This document shows positions 31,701 through 47,700 of a stretch of 64,000 nt of DNA, piece after piece (position 1 is the first letter of the stretch; every line of letters begins with the position of its first letter). A program made the position numbers and the translations under genes. The stretch spans positions 1,824,001 to 1,888,000 of the forward strand of contig CP068257.2 of NCBI GenBank assembly GCA_009914755.4, given 5' to 3'. The notes beneath the pieces were generated by a model. It did no database searches, had not been told where the DNA came from, and saw only the letters and a program-made list of their open reading frames with translations. Source of the stretch: the human T2T-CHM13v2.0 reference genome, Homo sapiens.

Positions 31701-34700
31701 TGAAATTACATCAAATATATATCATATAAGGTACATAAAATATGAAAGTACATCAAATATAGATTATATACTGTACATAAAATATCAATGTACCCCAAAT
31801 ATATATTTTATACTCTACATGAAATATGAAAGTTCACAAACCATATATTATATACTGTACATAAAATATCAAAGTACCCAATGTATATATTCTATACTAT
31901 ACAAAAAATATCAAAGTACCCAAAGCATGTATTATATACTGTACATAAAATATGAAAGTACATCAAATATATATCTTATTCTGTACATAAAATATCAAAG
32001 TACCCAAACTATACATTATATACTGTACATAAAATATGAAATTACATCAAATATATATTAGGTACATAAATATGAAAGTACATCAAATATAGATTATATA
32101 CTGTACATAAAATATCAAAGTACCCCAAATATCTATTATATACTCTACATGAAATATCAAAGTTCACAAACTATATATTATATACTGTACATATAATATG
32201 AAAGTACCCAAGGTATATATTGTATAGTGTACAAAAAATATGAAAGTACCCAAAGCATGTATTATATACTGTACATAAAATATGAAAGTACATCAAATAT
32301 ATATTTTATTCTGTACATAAAATATCAAAGTACACCAGATATATATTCTATAGTGTACATAAAATATCAAAGTACCCAAACTATACATTATATACTGTAC
32401 ATAAAATATGAAATTACATCAAATATATATTATATTAGGTACATAAAATATGAAAGTACATCAAATATAGATTATATACTGTACATAAAATATCAAAGTA
32501 CCCCAAATATATATTATATAGTGTACATGAAATATCAAAGTTCACAACTATATATTATATACTGTACATAAAATATCAAAGTCCCCAAGGTATATATTCT
32601 ATACTGTACAAAAAATATCAAAGTACCCAAAGCATGTATTATATACTGTACATAAAATATGAAATTACATCAAATATATATTATATTAGGTACATAAAAT
32701 ATGAAAGTACATCAAATATAGATTATATACTGTACATAAAATATCAAAGTACCCCAAATATATATTATATACTGTACATGAAATATCAAAGTTCACAACT
32801 ATATATTACATACTGTACATAAAATATCAAAGTACCCAATTTATATATTCTATACTGTACAAAAAATATCAAAGTACCCAAAGCATGTATTATATACTGT
32901 ACATAAAATATGAAAGTACATCAAATATATATTTTATTCTGTACATAAAATATCAAAGTACAGAAGATATATATTCTATAGTGTACATAAAATATCAAAG
33001 TACCCAAACTATACATTATATACTGTACATAAAATATGAAATTACATCAAATATATATTAGGTACATAAAATATGAAAGTACATCAAATATAGATTATAT
33101 ACTGTACATTAAATATCAAAGTACCCGAAATATATATTATATACTGTACATGAAATATCAAAGTTCACAAACTATATATTATATACTGTACATAAAATAT
33201 CAAAGTACCCAAGGTATATATTCTATACTGTACAAAAAATATCAAAGTACCCAAAGCATGTATTATATACTGTACATAAAATATGAAAGTACATCAAATA
33301 TATATTTTATTCTGTACATAAAATACCAAGTACACCAGATATATATTCTATAGTGTACATAAAATAACAAAGTACACAAACTATAAATTATATACTGTAC
33401 TTAAAATATGAAATTACAACAAATATATATTAGGTACATAAAATATGAAAGTACATCAAATATAGATTATATACTGTACATATAATATCAATGTACCCCA
33501 AATATATATTTTATTCTCTACATGAAATATAAAGGTTCACAAACCATATATTATATACTGTACATAAAATATCAAAGTACCCAAGGTATATATTCTATAC
33601 TGTACAAAAAATATCAAAGTACCCAAAGCATGTATTATACACTGTACATAAAATATGAAAGTACATCAAATATATATTTTATTCTGTACATAAAATATCA
33701 AAGTACACCAGATATATATTCTATAGCGTACATAAAATATCAATTTACCCAAACTATACATTATATACTGTACATAAAATATGAAATTACATCAAATATT
33801 TATTATATTAGGTACATAAAATATGAAAGTACATCAAATATAGATTATATACTGTACATAAAATATCAAAGTACCCCAAATATATATTATATACTCTACA
33901 TGAAATATCAAAGTTCACAAACTATATATTATATACTGTACATAAAATATCAAAGCACCCAAGGTATATATTCTATACTGTACAAAAAATATCAAAGTAC
34001 CCAAAGCATGTATTATATACTATATATAAAATATGAAAGTACATCAAATATATATTTTATTCTGTACATAAAATATCAAAGTACACCAGATATATATTCT
34101 ATAGTGTACATAAAATATCAAAGTACCCAAACTATAAATTATATACTTTACATAAAATATGAAATTACATCAAATTTATGTTAGGTACATAAAATATGAA
34201 AGTACATCAAATATAGATTATATACTGTACATAAAATATCAAAGTACCCCAAATATATATTATATACTGTACATGAAATATCAAAGTTCAGAAACTATAT
34301 ATTATATACTGTACATAAAATATCAAAGTACCTAAGGTATATATTCTATACTGTACAAAAAATATCAAAGTACCCAAAGCATGTATTATATACTGTATAT
34401 AAAATATGAAAGTACATCAAATATATATTTTATTCTGTACAGAAAATATCAAAGTACACCAGATATATATTCTATAGTGTACATAAAATAACAAAGTACA
34501 CAAACTATAAATTATATACTATACATAAAATATGAAATTACATCAAATATATATTAGGAACATAAAATATGAAAGTACATCAAATATAGATTCTATACTG
34601 TACATATAATATCAATGTACCCCAAATATATATTTTATACTCTACATGAAATATCAAAGTTCACAAACCATAAATTATATACTGTACAAAAAATGTCAAA

Positions 34701-35509
34701 GTACCCAAGGTATATATTCTATACTGTACAAATAATATCAAAGTACCAAAAGCATGTATTATATACTGTACATAAAATATGAAAGTACATCAAATATATA
34801 TTTTATTCTGTACATAAAATATCAAAGTACACCAGATATATATTCTATAGTGTACATAAAATATCAAAGTACCCAAACTATACATTATATACTGTACGTA
34901 AAATATGAAATTACATCAAATATATATTATATTAGGTACATAAAATATGAAAGTACATCAAATATAGATTATATACTGTACATTAAATACCAAAGTACCA
35001 AAAATATATATTATATACTCTACATGAAATATCAAAGTTCACAAACTATATATTGTATACTGTACATAAAATATCAAAGTACCCAAGGTATATATTCTAT
35101 ATTGTACAAAAAATATCAAAGTACCCAAAGCATGTATTATATACTATATATAAAATATGAAAGTACATCAAATATATATTTTATTCTGTACATAAAATAT
35201 CAAAGTACACCAGATATATATTCTATAGTGTACATAAAATATCAAAGTACCCAAACTATACATTATATACTGTACATAAAATATGAAATTACATCAAATA
35301 TATTTTATATTAGGTACATAATATATGAAAGTACATCAAATATAGATTGTATACTGTACATTAAATACCAAAGTACCCCAAATATATATTTTATACTGTA
35401 CATGAAATATCAAAGTTCACAAACTATATATTATATACTGTACATAAAATATCAAAGTACCCAAGGTATATATTCTATACTGTACAAAAAATATCAAAGT
35501 ACCCAAAGC

Positions 35510-38110
35510 ATGTATTATATACTGTATATAAAATATGAAAGTACATCAAATATATATTTTATTCTGTACATAAAATATCAAAGTACACCAGATATATATT
35601 CTATAGTGTACATAAAATATCAAAGTACCCAAACTATACATTATATATTGTACATAAAATATGAAATTACATCAAATATGTATTATATTAGGTACATAAA
35701 ATATGAAAGTACATCAAATATAGATTATATACTGTACATAAAATATCAAAGTACCCCAAATATATATTATATACTGTACATGAAATATCAAAGTTCACAA
35801 CTATATATTATATACTATACATAAAATATCAAAGTACCCAAGGTATATATTCTATACTGTACAAAAAATATCAAAGTACCCAAAGCATGTATTATATACT
35901 GTACATAAAATATGAAATTACATCAAATATATATTATATTAGGTACATAAAATATGAAAGTACATCAAATATAGATTATATACTGTACATAAAATATCAA
36001 AGTACCCCAAATATATATTATATACTGTACATGAAATATCAAAGTTCACATCTATATATTACATACTGTACATAAAATATCAAAGTACCCAATTTATATA
36101 TTCTATACTGTACAAAAAATATCAAAGTACCCAAAGCACGTATTATATACTGTACATAAAATATGAAAGTACATCAAATATATATTTTATTCTGTACATA
36201 AAATATCAAAGTACAGAAGGTATATATTCTATAGTGTATATAAAATATCAAAGTACCCAAACTATACATTATATACTGTACATAAAATATGAAATTACAT
36301 CAAATATGTATTATATTAGGTACATAAAATATGAAAGTACATGAAATATAGATTATATACTGTACATAAAATATCAAAGTACCCCAAATATATATTATAT
36401 ACTCTACATGAAATATCAAAGTTCACAAACTATATATTATATACTGTACATAAAATATCAAAGTACCCAAGGTATATATTCTATAGTGTACAAAAAATAT
36501 CAAAGTACCCAAAGCATGTATTATATACTGTACATAAAATATAAAATTACATCAAATATATATTTTATTCTGTACATAAAATATCAAAGTACACCAGATA
36601 CATATACTATAGTGTACATAAAATATCAAAGTACCCAAACTATACATTATACACTGTACATAAAATATGAAATTACATCAAATATATATTAGGTACATAA
36701 AATATGAAAGTACATCAAATATAGATTATATACTGTACATATAATATCAATGTACCCCAAATATATATTTTATACTCTACATGAAATATCAAAGTTCACA
36801 AACCATATATTATATACTGTACATAAAATATCAAAGTACCCAAGGTATATATTCTATACTGTACAAAACATATCAAAGTACCCAAAGCATGTATTATATA
36901 CTGTACATAAAATATGAAACTAAATCAAATATATATTTTATTCTGTACATAAAATATCAAAGTACACCAGATATATATTCTATAGTGTACATAAAATATC
37001 AAAGTACCCAAACTATACATTATATACTGTACATAAAATATGAAATTACATCAAATATATTTTATATTAGGTACATAAAATATGAAAGTACATCAAATAT
37101 AGATTATATACTGTACATTAAATACCAAAGTACCCCAAATATATATTTTATACTGTACATGAAATATCAAAGTTCACAAACCATATATTATATACTGAAC
37201 ATAAAATATCAAAGTACCCAAGGTATATTTTCTATACTGTACAAAAAATATCAAAGTACCCAAAACATGTATTATATACTGTACATAAAATATGAAAGTA
37301 CATCAATTATATATTTTATTCTGTACATAAAATATCAAAGTACACCAGGTATATATTCTATAGTGTACATAAAATAACAAAGTACCCAAACTATACATTA
37401 TATACTGTACATAAAATATGAAATTACATCAAATATATATTATATTAGGTACATAAAATATGAAAGTACATCAAATATAGATTATATACTGTACATTAAA
37501 TACCAAAGTACCCCAAATATATATTTTATACTGTACATGAAATATCAAAGTTCACAAACCATATATTATATACTGTACATAAAATATCAAAGTACCCAAG
37601 GTATATATTCTATACTGTACAAAAAATATCAAAGTACCCAATGCATGTATTATATACTGTACATAAAATATGAAAGTATATCAAATATATATTTTATTCT
37701 GTACATAAAATACCAAAGTACACCAGATATATATTCTATAGTGTACATAAAATAACAAAGTACACAAACTATAAATTATATACTGTACATAAAATATGAA
37801 ATTACATCAAATATATATTAGGTACATAAAATATGAAAGTACATCAAATATAGATTATACACTGTACATAAAATATCAATGTACCCCAAATATATATTTT
37901 ATACTCTACATGAAATATCAAAGTTCACAAACTATATATTATATACTGTACATAAAATATCAAAGTACCCAAGGTATATATTCTATACTGTACAAAAAAT
38001 ATCAAAGTACCAAAAGCATGTATTATATACTGTACATAAAATATGAAAGTACATCAAATATATATTTTATTCTGTACATAAATATGAAAGTACACCAGAT
38101 ATATATTCTA
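35510..38110. repeat. Copy of the roughly 3.2-kb super-unit, matching 44758-47360 at an offset of 9248 (9242 towards the right end).
   Basis: ORF pairs 35887/45135, 36341/45589, 36408/45656 and 36781/46029 are all offset by exactly 9248. Pairs 37537/46779 and 37796/47038 are offset by 9242. Translations are identical or near-identical. Confidence 0.75.
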
Positions 38111-41100
38111 TAGTGTACATAAAATATCAAAGTACCCAAACTATACATTATATACTGTACATAAAATATGAAATTACATCAAATATGTATTATATTAGGT
38201 ACATAAAATATGAAAGTACATCAAATATAGATTATATACTGTACATTAAATATCAAAGTACGCCAAATATATATTATATACTGTACATGAAATATCAAAA
38301 TTCACAAACTATATATTATATACTGTACATAAAATATCAAAGTACCTAAGGTATATATTCTATACTGTACAAAAAATATCAAAGTACCCAAAGCATGTAT
38401 TATATACTGTATATAAAATATGAAAGTACATCAAATATATATTTTATTCTGTACAGAAAATATCAAAGTACACCAGATATATATTCTATAGTGTACATAA
38501 AATAACAAAGTACACAAACTATAAATTATATACTGTACATAAAATATGAAATTACATCAAATATATATTAGGTACATAAAATATGAAAGTACATCAAATA
38601 TAGATTATATACTGTACATAAAATATCAATGTACCCCAAATATATATTTTATATTCCACATGAAATATCAAAGTTCACAAACCATATATTATATACTGTA
38701 CATAAAATATCAAAGTACCCAAGGTATACATTCTATACTGCACAAAAAATATCAAAACCCAAAACATGTATTATATACTGTATATAAAATATGAAAGTAC
38801 ATCAAATATATATTTTATTCTGTACATAAAATATCAAAGTACACCAGATATATATTCTATAGTGTACATAAAATAACAAAGTACACAAACTATAAATTAT
38901 ATACTGTACATAAAATATGAAATTACATCAAATATATATTAGGTACATAAAATATGAAAGTTCATCAAATATAGATTATATACTGTACATATAATATCAA
39001 TGTACCCCAAATATATATTTTGTACTCTACATGAAATATCAAAGTTCACAAACCATATATTATATACTGTACATAAAATATCAAAGTACCCAAGGTATAT
39101 ATTCTATACTGTACAAAAAATATCAAAGTACCCAAAGCATGTATTATATACTGTACATAAAATATGAAAGTACATCAAATATATATTTTATTCTGTACAT
39201 AAAATATCAATGTACACCAGATATATATTCTATAGTGTACATAAAATATCAAAGTACCCAAACTATACATTATATACTGTACATAAAATATGAAATTACA
39301 TCAAATAAAGATTATATTAGGTACATAAAATATGAAAGTACATCAAATATAGATTATATACAGTACATTAAATACCAAAGTACCCCAAATATATATTTTA
39401 TACTGTACATGAAATATCGAAGTTCACAAACTATATATTATATACTGTACATAAAATATCAAAGTTCCCAAGGTATATATTCTATACTGTAGAAAAAATA
39501 TCAAAGTACCCAAAGCATGTATTATATACTGTATATAAAATATGAAATTACATCAAATATATATTTTATTCTGTACATAAAATATCAAAGTATACCAGAT
39601 ATATATTCTATAGTGTACATAAAATATCAAAGTACCCAAACTATACATTATATACTGTACATAAAATATGAAATTACATCAAATATATATTAGGTACATA
39701 AAATATGAAAGTACATCAAATATAGATTATATACTGTACATGAAATACCAAAGTAACCCAAATATATATTATATACTGTACATGAAATATCAAAGTTCAC
39801 AAACTATATATTATATACTGTACATAAAATATCAAAGTACCTAAGGTAAATATTCTATACTGTACAAAAAATATCAAAGTACCCAAAGCATGTATTATAT
39901 ACGGTACATAAAATATGAAAGTACATCAAATATATATTTTATTCTGTACATAAAATATCAAAGTACACCAGATATATATTCTATAGTGTACATAAAATAA
40001 CAAAGTACACAAACTATAAATTATATACTGTACATAAAATATGAAATTACATCAAATATATATTAGGTACATAAAATATGAAAGTACATCAAATATAGAT
40101 TATATACTGTACATAAATTATCAATGTACCCCAATTATATATTTTATACTCCACATGAAATATCAAAGTTCACAAACCATACATTATATACTGTACATAA
40201 AATATCAAAGTACCCAAGGTATACATTCTATACTGCACAAAAAATATCAAAGTACCCAAAACATGTATTATATACTGTATATAAAATATGAAAGTACATC
40301 AAATATATATTTTATTCTGTAGATAAAATATCAAAGTACACCAGATATATATTCTATAGTGTACATAAAATATCAAAGTACCCAAACTATACATTATATA
40401 CTGTACATAAAATATGAAACTACATCAAATATATATTAGGTACATAAAATATGAAAGTACATCAAATATAGATTATATACTGTACATATAATATCAATGT
40501 TCCGCAAATATATATTTTGTACTCTACATGAAATATCAAAGTTCACAAACCATATATTATATACTGTACATAAAATATCAAAGTACCCAAGGTATATATT
40601 CTATACTGTACAAAAAATATCAAAGTACCCAAAGCATGTATTATATACTGTACATAAAATATGAAAGTACATCAAATATATATTTTATTCTGTACATAAA
40701 ATATCAAAGTACACCAGATATATATTCTATAGTGTACATAAAATATCAAAGTACCCAAACTATACATTATATACTGTACATAAAATATGAAATTACATCA
40801 AATATTTATTATATTAGGTACATAAAATATGAAAGTACATCAAATATAGATTATATACTGTACATAAAATATCAAAGTACCCCAAATATATATTATATAC
40901 TCTACATGAAATATCAAAGTTCACAAACTATATATTATATACTGTACATAAAATATCAAAGTACCCAAGGTATATATTCTATACTGTACAAAAAATATCA
41001 AAGTACCCAAAGCATGTATTATATACTATATATAAAATATGAAAGTACATCAAATATATATTTTATTCTGTACATAAAATATCAAAGTACACCAGATATA

Positions 41101-44100
41101 TATTCTATAGTGTACATAAAATATCAAAGTACCAAAACTATAAATTATATACTTACATAAAATATGAAATTACATCAAATATATGTTAGGTACATAAAAT
41201 ATGAAAGTACATCAAATATAGATTATATACTGTACATAAAATATCAAAGTACCCCAAATATATATTATATACTGTACATGAAATATCAAAGTTCACAAAC
41301 TATATATTATATACTGTACATAAAATATCAAAGTACCTAAGGTATATATTCTATACTGTACAAAAAATATCAAAGTACCCAAAGCATGTATTATATTCTG
41401 TATATAAAATATGAAAGTACATCAAATATATATTTTATTCTGTACAGAAAATATCAAAGTACACCAGATATATATTCTATAGTGTACATAAAATAACAAA
41501 GTACACAAACTATAAATTATATACTGTACATAAAATATGAAATTACATCAAATATATATTAGGTACATAAAATATGAAAGTACATCAAATATAGATTCTA
41601 TACTGTACATATAATATCAATGTACCCCAAATATATATTTTATACTCTACATGAAATATCAAAGTTCACAAACCATATATTATATACTGTACATAAAATG
41701 TCAAAGTACCCAAGGTATATATTCTATACTGTACAAATAATATCAAAGTACCAAAAGCATGTATTATATACTGTACATAAAATATGAAAGTACATCAAAT
41801 ATATATTTTATTCTGTACATAAAATATCAAAGTACACCAGATATATAATCTATAGTGTACATAAAATATCAAAGTTCCCAAACTATACATTATATAATGT
41901 ACATAAAATATGAAATTACATCAAATATATATTAGGTACATAAAATATGAAAGTACATCAAATATAGATTATATACTGTACATAAAATATCAAAGTACCC
42001 CAAATATATTTTATATACTGTACATGAAATATCAAATTTCACAAACTATATATTATATACTGTACATAAAATATCAAAGTACCCAAGGTATATATTCTAT
42101 ACTGTACAAAAAATATCAAAGTACCCAAAGCATGTATTATATACTGTACATAAAATATGAAAGTACATCAAATATGTATTTTATTCTGTACATAGAATAT
42201 CAAAGTACACCAGATATATATTCTATAGTGTACATAATATAACAAAGTACAAAAACTATACATTATATACTGTACATAAAATATGAAATTACATCAAATA
42301 TATATTAGGTACATAAAATATGAAAGTACATCAAATATAGATTATATACTGTACATAAAATATCAAAGTACCCCAAATATATATTATATAATGTACATGA
42401 AATATCAAAGTTCACAAACCATATATTATATACTGTACATAAAATATCAAAGTACCCAAGGTATATATTCTATACTGTACAAAAAATATCAAAGTACCCA
42501 AAGCATGTATTATATACTGTACATAAAATATGAAATTACATCATATATATATTTTATTCTGTACATAAAATATCAAAGTACACCAGATATATATTCTATA
42601 GTGTACATAAAATATCAAAGTACCCAATCTATACATTATATACTGTACATAAAATATGAAATTACATCAAATATATATTAGGTACATAAAATATGAATGT
42701 ACATCAAATATAGATTATAAACTGTACATAAAATATCAAAGTACCCTAAATATATATTATATACTCTACAAGAAATATCAAAGTTCACACACTATATATT
42801 ATATACTGTACATAAAATATCAAAGTACCCAAGGTATATATTCTATACTGTACAAAAAATATCAAAGAACCCAAACCATGTATTATATACTGTACATAAA
42901 ATATGAAAGTACATCAAATATATATTTTATTCTGTACATAAAATATCAAAGTACACCAGATATATATTCTATAGTGTACATAAAATAACAATGTACGCAA
43001 ACTATACATTATATACTGTACATAAAATATGAAATTACATCAAATATATATTAGGAACATAAAATATGAAAGTACATCAAATATAGATTATATACTGTAC
43101 ATAAAATATCAATGTACCCCAAATATATATTTTATACTCTACATGAAATACCAAAGTTCACAAACCATATATTATATACTGTACATAAAATATCAAAGTA
43201 CCCAAGGTATATATTCTATACTGTACAAAAAATATCAAAGTACCCAAAGCATGTATTATATACTGTACATAAAATATGAAAGTACATCAAATATATATTT
43301 TATTCTGTACATAAAATATCAAAGTACACCAGATATATATTCTATAGTGTACATAAAATATCAAAGTACCCAAACTATACATTATATACTGTACATAAAA
43401 TATGAAATTACATCAAATATATATTATATTAGGTACATAAAATATGAAAGTACATCAAATATAGATTATATACTGTACATAAAATATCAAAGTACCCCAA
43501 ATATATATTATATACTCTACATGAAATATCAAAGTTCACAAAGTATATATTATATACTGTACATAAAATATCAAAGTACCCAAGGTATATATTCTGTAAT
43601 GTACAAAAAATATCAAAGTACCCAAAGCGTGTATTATATACTGTATATAAAATATGAAATTACATCAAATATATATTTTATTCTGTACATAAAATATCAA
43701 AGTACACCGGATATATATTCTATAGTGTACATAAAATATCAAAGTACCCAAACTATACATTATATACTGTACATAAAATAAGAAATTACATCAAATATAT
43801 ATTATATTAGGTACATAAAATATGAAAGTACATCAAATATAGATTATATACTGTACATTAAATACCAAAGAACCCCAAATATATATTATATACTCTACAT
43901 GAAATATCAAAATTCACAAACTATATATTATATACTGTACATAAAATATCAAAGTACCCAAGGTATATATTTTATACTGTACAAAAAATATCAAAGTACC
44001 CGAAGCATGTATTATATACTGTACATAAAATATGAAAGTACATCAAATATATATTTTATTCCGTAAATAAAATATCAAAGCACACCAGATATATATTCTA

Positions 44101-44757
44101 TAGTGTACATAAAATATCAAAGTACACAAACTATACATTATATACTGTACATAAAATATGAAATTACATCAAATATATATTATATAAGGTACATAAAATA
44201 TGAAAGTACAGCAAATATAGATTATATACTGTACATTAAATACCAAAGAACCCCAAATATATATTATATACTCTGCATGAAATATCAAAGTTCACAAACT
44301 ATATATTATATACTGTACATAAAATATCAAAGTACCCAAGGTATATATTCTATACTGTACAAAAAATATCAAAGTACCCAAAGCATGTATTATATACTGT
44401 ATATAAAATATGAAAGTACATCAAATATATATTTTATTCTGTACATAAAATATCAAAGTACACCAGATATATATTCTATAGTGTACATAAAATAACAAAG
44501 TACAAAATCTATAAATTATATACTGTACATAAAATATGAAATTACATCAAATATATATTAGGTACATAAAATATGAAAGTACATCAAATATAGATTATAT
44601 ACTGTACATAAAATATCAATGTACCCCAAATATATATTTTATACTCGACATGAAATACCAAAGTTCACAAACCATATAATATATACTGTACATAAAATAT
44701 CAAAGTACCCAAGGTATATATTCTATACTGTACAAAAAATATCAAAGTACCCAAAGC

Positions 44758-47700
44758 ATGTATTATATACTGTATATAAAATATGAAAGTACATCAAATA
44801 TATATTTTATTCTGTACATAAAATATCAAAGTACACCAGATATATATTCTATAGTGTACATAAAATATCAAAGTACCCAAACTATACATTATATATTGTA
44901 CATAAAATATGAAATTACATCAAATATGTATTATATTAGGTACATAAAATATGAAGGTACATCAAATATAGATTATATACTGTACATAAAATATCAAAGT
45001 ACCCCAAATATATATTATATACTGTACATGAAATATCAAAGTTCACAACTATATATTATATACTATACATAAAATATCAAAGTACCCAAGGTATATATTC
45101 TATACTGTACAAAAAATATCAAAGTACCCAAAGCATGTATTATATACTGTACATAAAATATGAAATTACATCAAATATATATTATATTAGGTACATAAAA
45201 TATGAAAGTACATCAAATATAGATTATATACTGTACATAAAATATCAAAGTACCCCAAATATATATTATATACTGTACATGAAATATCAAAGTTCACATC
45301 TATATATTACATACTGTACATAAAATATCAAAGTACCCAATTTATATATTCTATACTGTACAAAAAATATCAAAGTACCCAAAGCACGTATTATATACTG
45401 TACATAAAATATGAAAGTACATCAAATATATATTTTATTCTGTACATAAAATATCAAAGTACAGAAGGTATATATTCTATAGTGTATATAAAATATCAAA
45501 GTACCCAAACTATACATTATATACTGTACATAAAATATGAAATTACATCAAATATGTATTATATTAGGTACATAAAATATGAAAGTACATGAAATATAGA
45601 TTATATACTGTACATAAAATATCAAAGTACCCCAAATTTATATTATATACTATACATGAAATATCAAAGTTCACAAACTATATATTATATACTGTACATA
45701 AAATATCAAAGTACCCAAGGTATATATTCTATAGTGTACAAAAAATATCAAAGTACCCAAAGCATGTATTATATACTGTACATAAAATATAAAATTACAT
45801 CAAATATATATTTTATTCTGTACATAAAATATCAAAGTACACCAGATATATATACTATAGTGTACATAAAATATCAAAGTACCCAAACTATACATTATAC
45901 ACTGTACATAAAATATGAAATTACATCAAATATATATTAGGTACATAAAATATGAAAGTACATCAAATATAGATTATATACTGTACATATAATATCAATG
46001 TACCCCAAATATATATTTTATACTCTACATGAAATATCAAAGTTCACAAACCATATATTATATACTGTACATAAAATATCAAAGTACCCAAGGTATATAT
46101 TCTATACTGTACAAAACATATCAAAGTACCCAAAGCATGTATTATATACTGTACATAAAATATGAAACTACATCAAATATATATTTTATTCTGTACATAA
46201 AATATCAAAGTACACCAGATATATATTCTATAGTGTACATAAAATATCAAAGTACCCAAACTATACATTATATACTGTACATAAAATATGAAATTACATC
46301 AAATATATTTTATATTAGGTACATAAAATATGAAAGTACATCAAATATAGATTATATACTGTACATTAAATACCAAAGTACCCCAAATATATATTTTATA
46401 CTGTACATGAAATATCAAAGTTCACACACTATATATTATATACTGTACATAAAATATCAAAGTACCCAAGGTATATATTCTATACTGTACAAAAAATATC
46501 AAAGTACCCAAAGCATGTATTATATACTGTACATAAAATATGAAAGTACATCAAATATATATTTTATTCTGTACATAAATATCAGAGTACACCAGATATA
46601 TATTCTATAGTGTACACAAAATAACAAAGTACACAAACTATAAATTATATACTGTACATAAAATATGAAATTACATCAAATATATATTAGGTACATAAAA
46701 TATGAAAGTACATCAAATATAGATTATATACTGTACATATAATATCAATGTACCCCAAAAATATATTTTATACTCTACATGAAATATCAAAGTTCACAAA
46801 CCGTACATTATATACTGTACATAAAATATCAAAGTACCCAAGGTATATATTCTATACTGTACAAAAAATATCAAAGTACCCAAAGCATGTATTATATACT
46901 GTACCTAAAATATGAAAGTACATCAAATATATATTTTATTCTGTACATAAAATATCAAAGTACACCAGATATATATTCTATAGTGTACATAAAGTAACAA
47001 AGTACACAAACTATACATTATATACTGTACATAAAATATGAAATTACATCAAATATATATTAGGTACATAAAATATGAAAGTACATCAAATATAGATTAT
47101 ATACTGTACATAAAATATCAATGTACCCCAAATATATATTTTATACTCTACATGAAATATGAAAGTTCACAAACCATATATTATATACTGTACATAAAAT
47201 ATCAAAGTACCCTATGTATATATTCTATACTATACAAAAAATATCAAAGTACCCAAAGCATGTATTATATACTGTACATAAAATATGAAAGTACATCAAA
47301 TATATATCTTATTCTGTACATAAAACATCAAAGTACCCAAACTATACATTATATACTGTACATAAAATATGAAATTACATCAAATATATATTAGGTACAT
47401 AAAATATGAAAGTACATCAAATATAGATTATATACTGTACATAAAATATCAAAGTACCCCAAATATATATTATATACTCTACATGAAATATCAAAGTTCA
47501 CAAACTATACATTATATACTGTACATATAATATGAAAGTACACAAGGTATATATTCTATACTGTACAAAAAATATCAAAGTACCAAAAGCATGTATTATA
47601 TACTGTATATAAAATATGAAAGTACATTAAATATATATTTTATTCTGTACATAAAATATCAAAGTACACCAGATATATATTCTATAGTGTACATAAAATA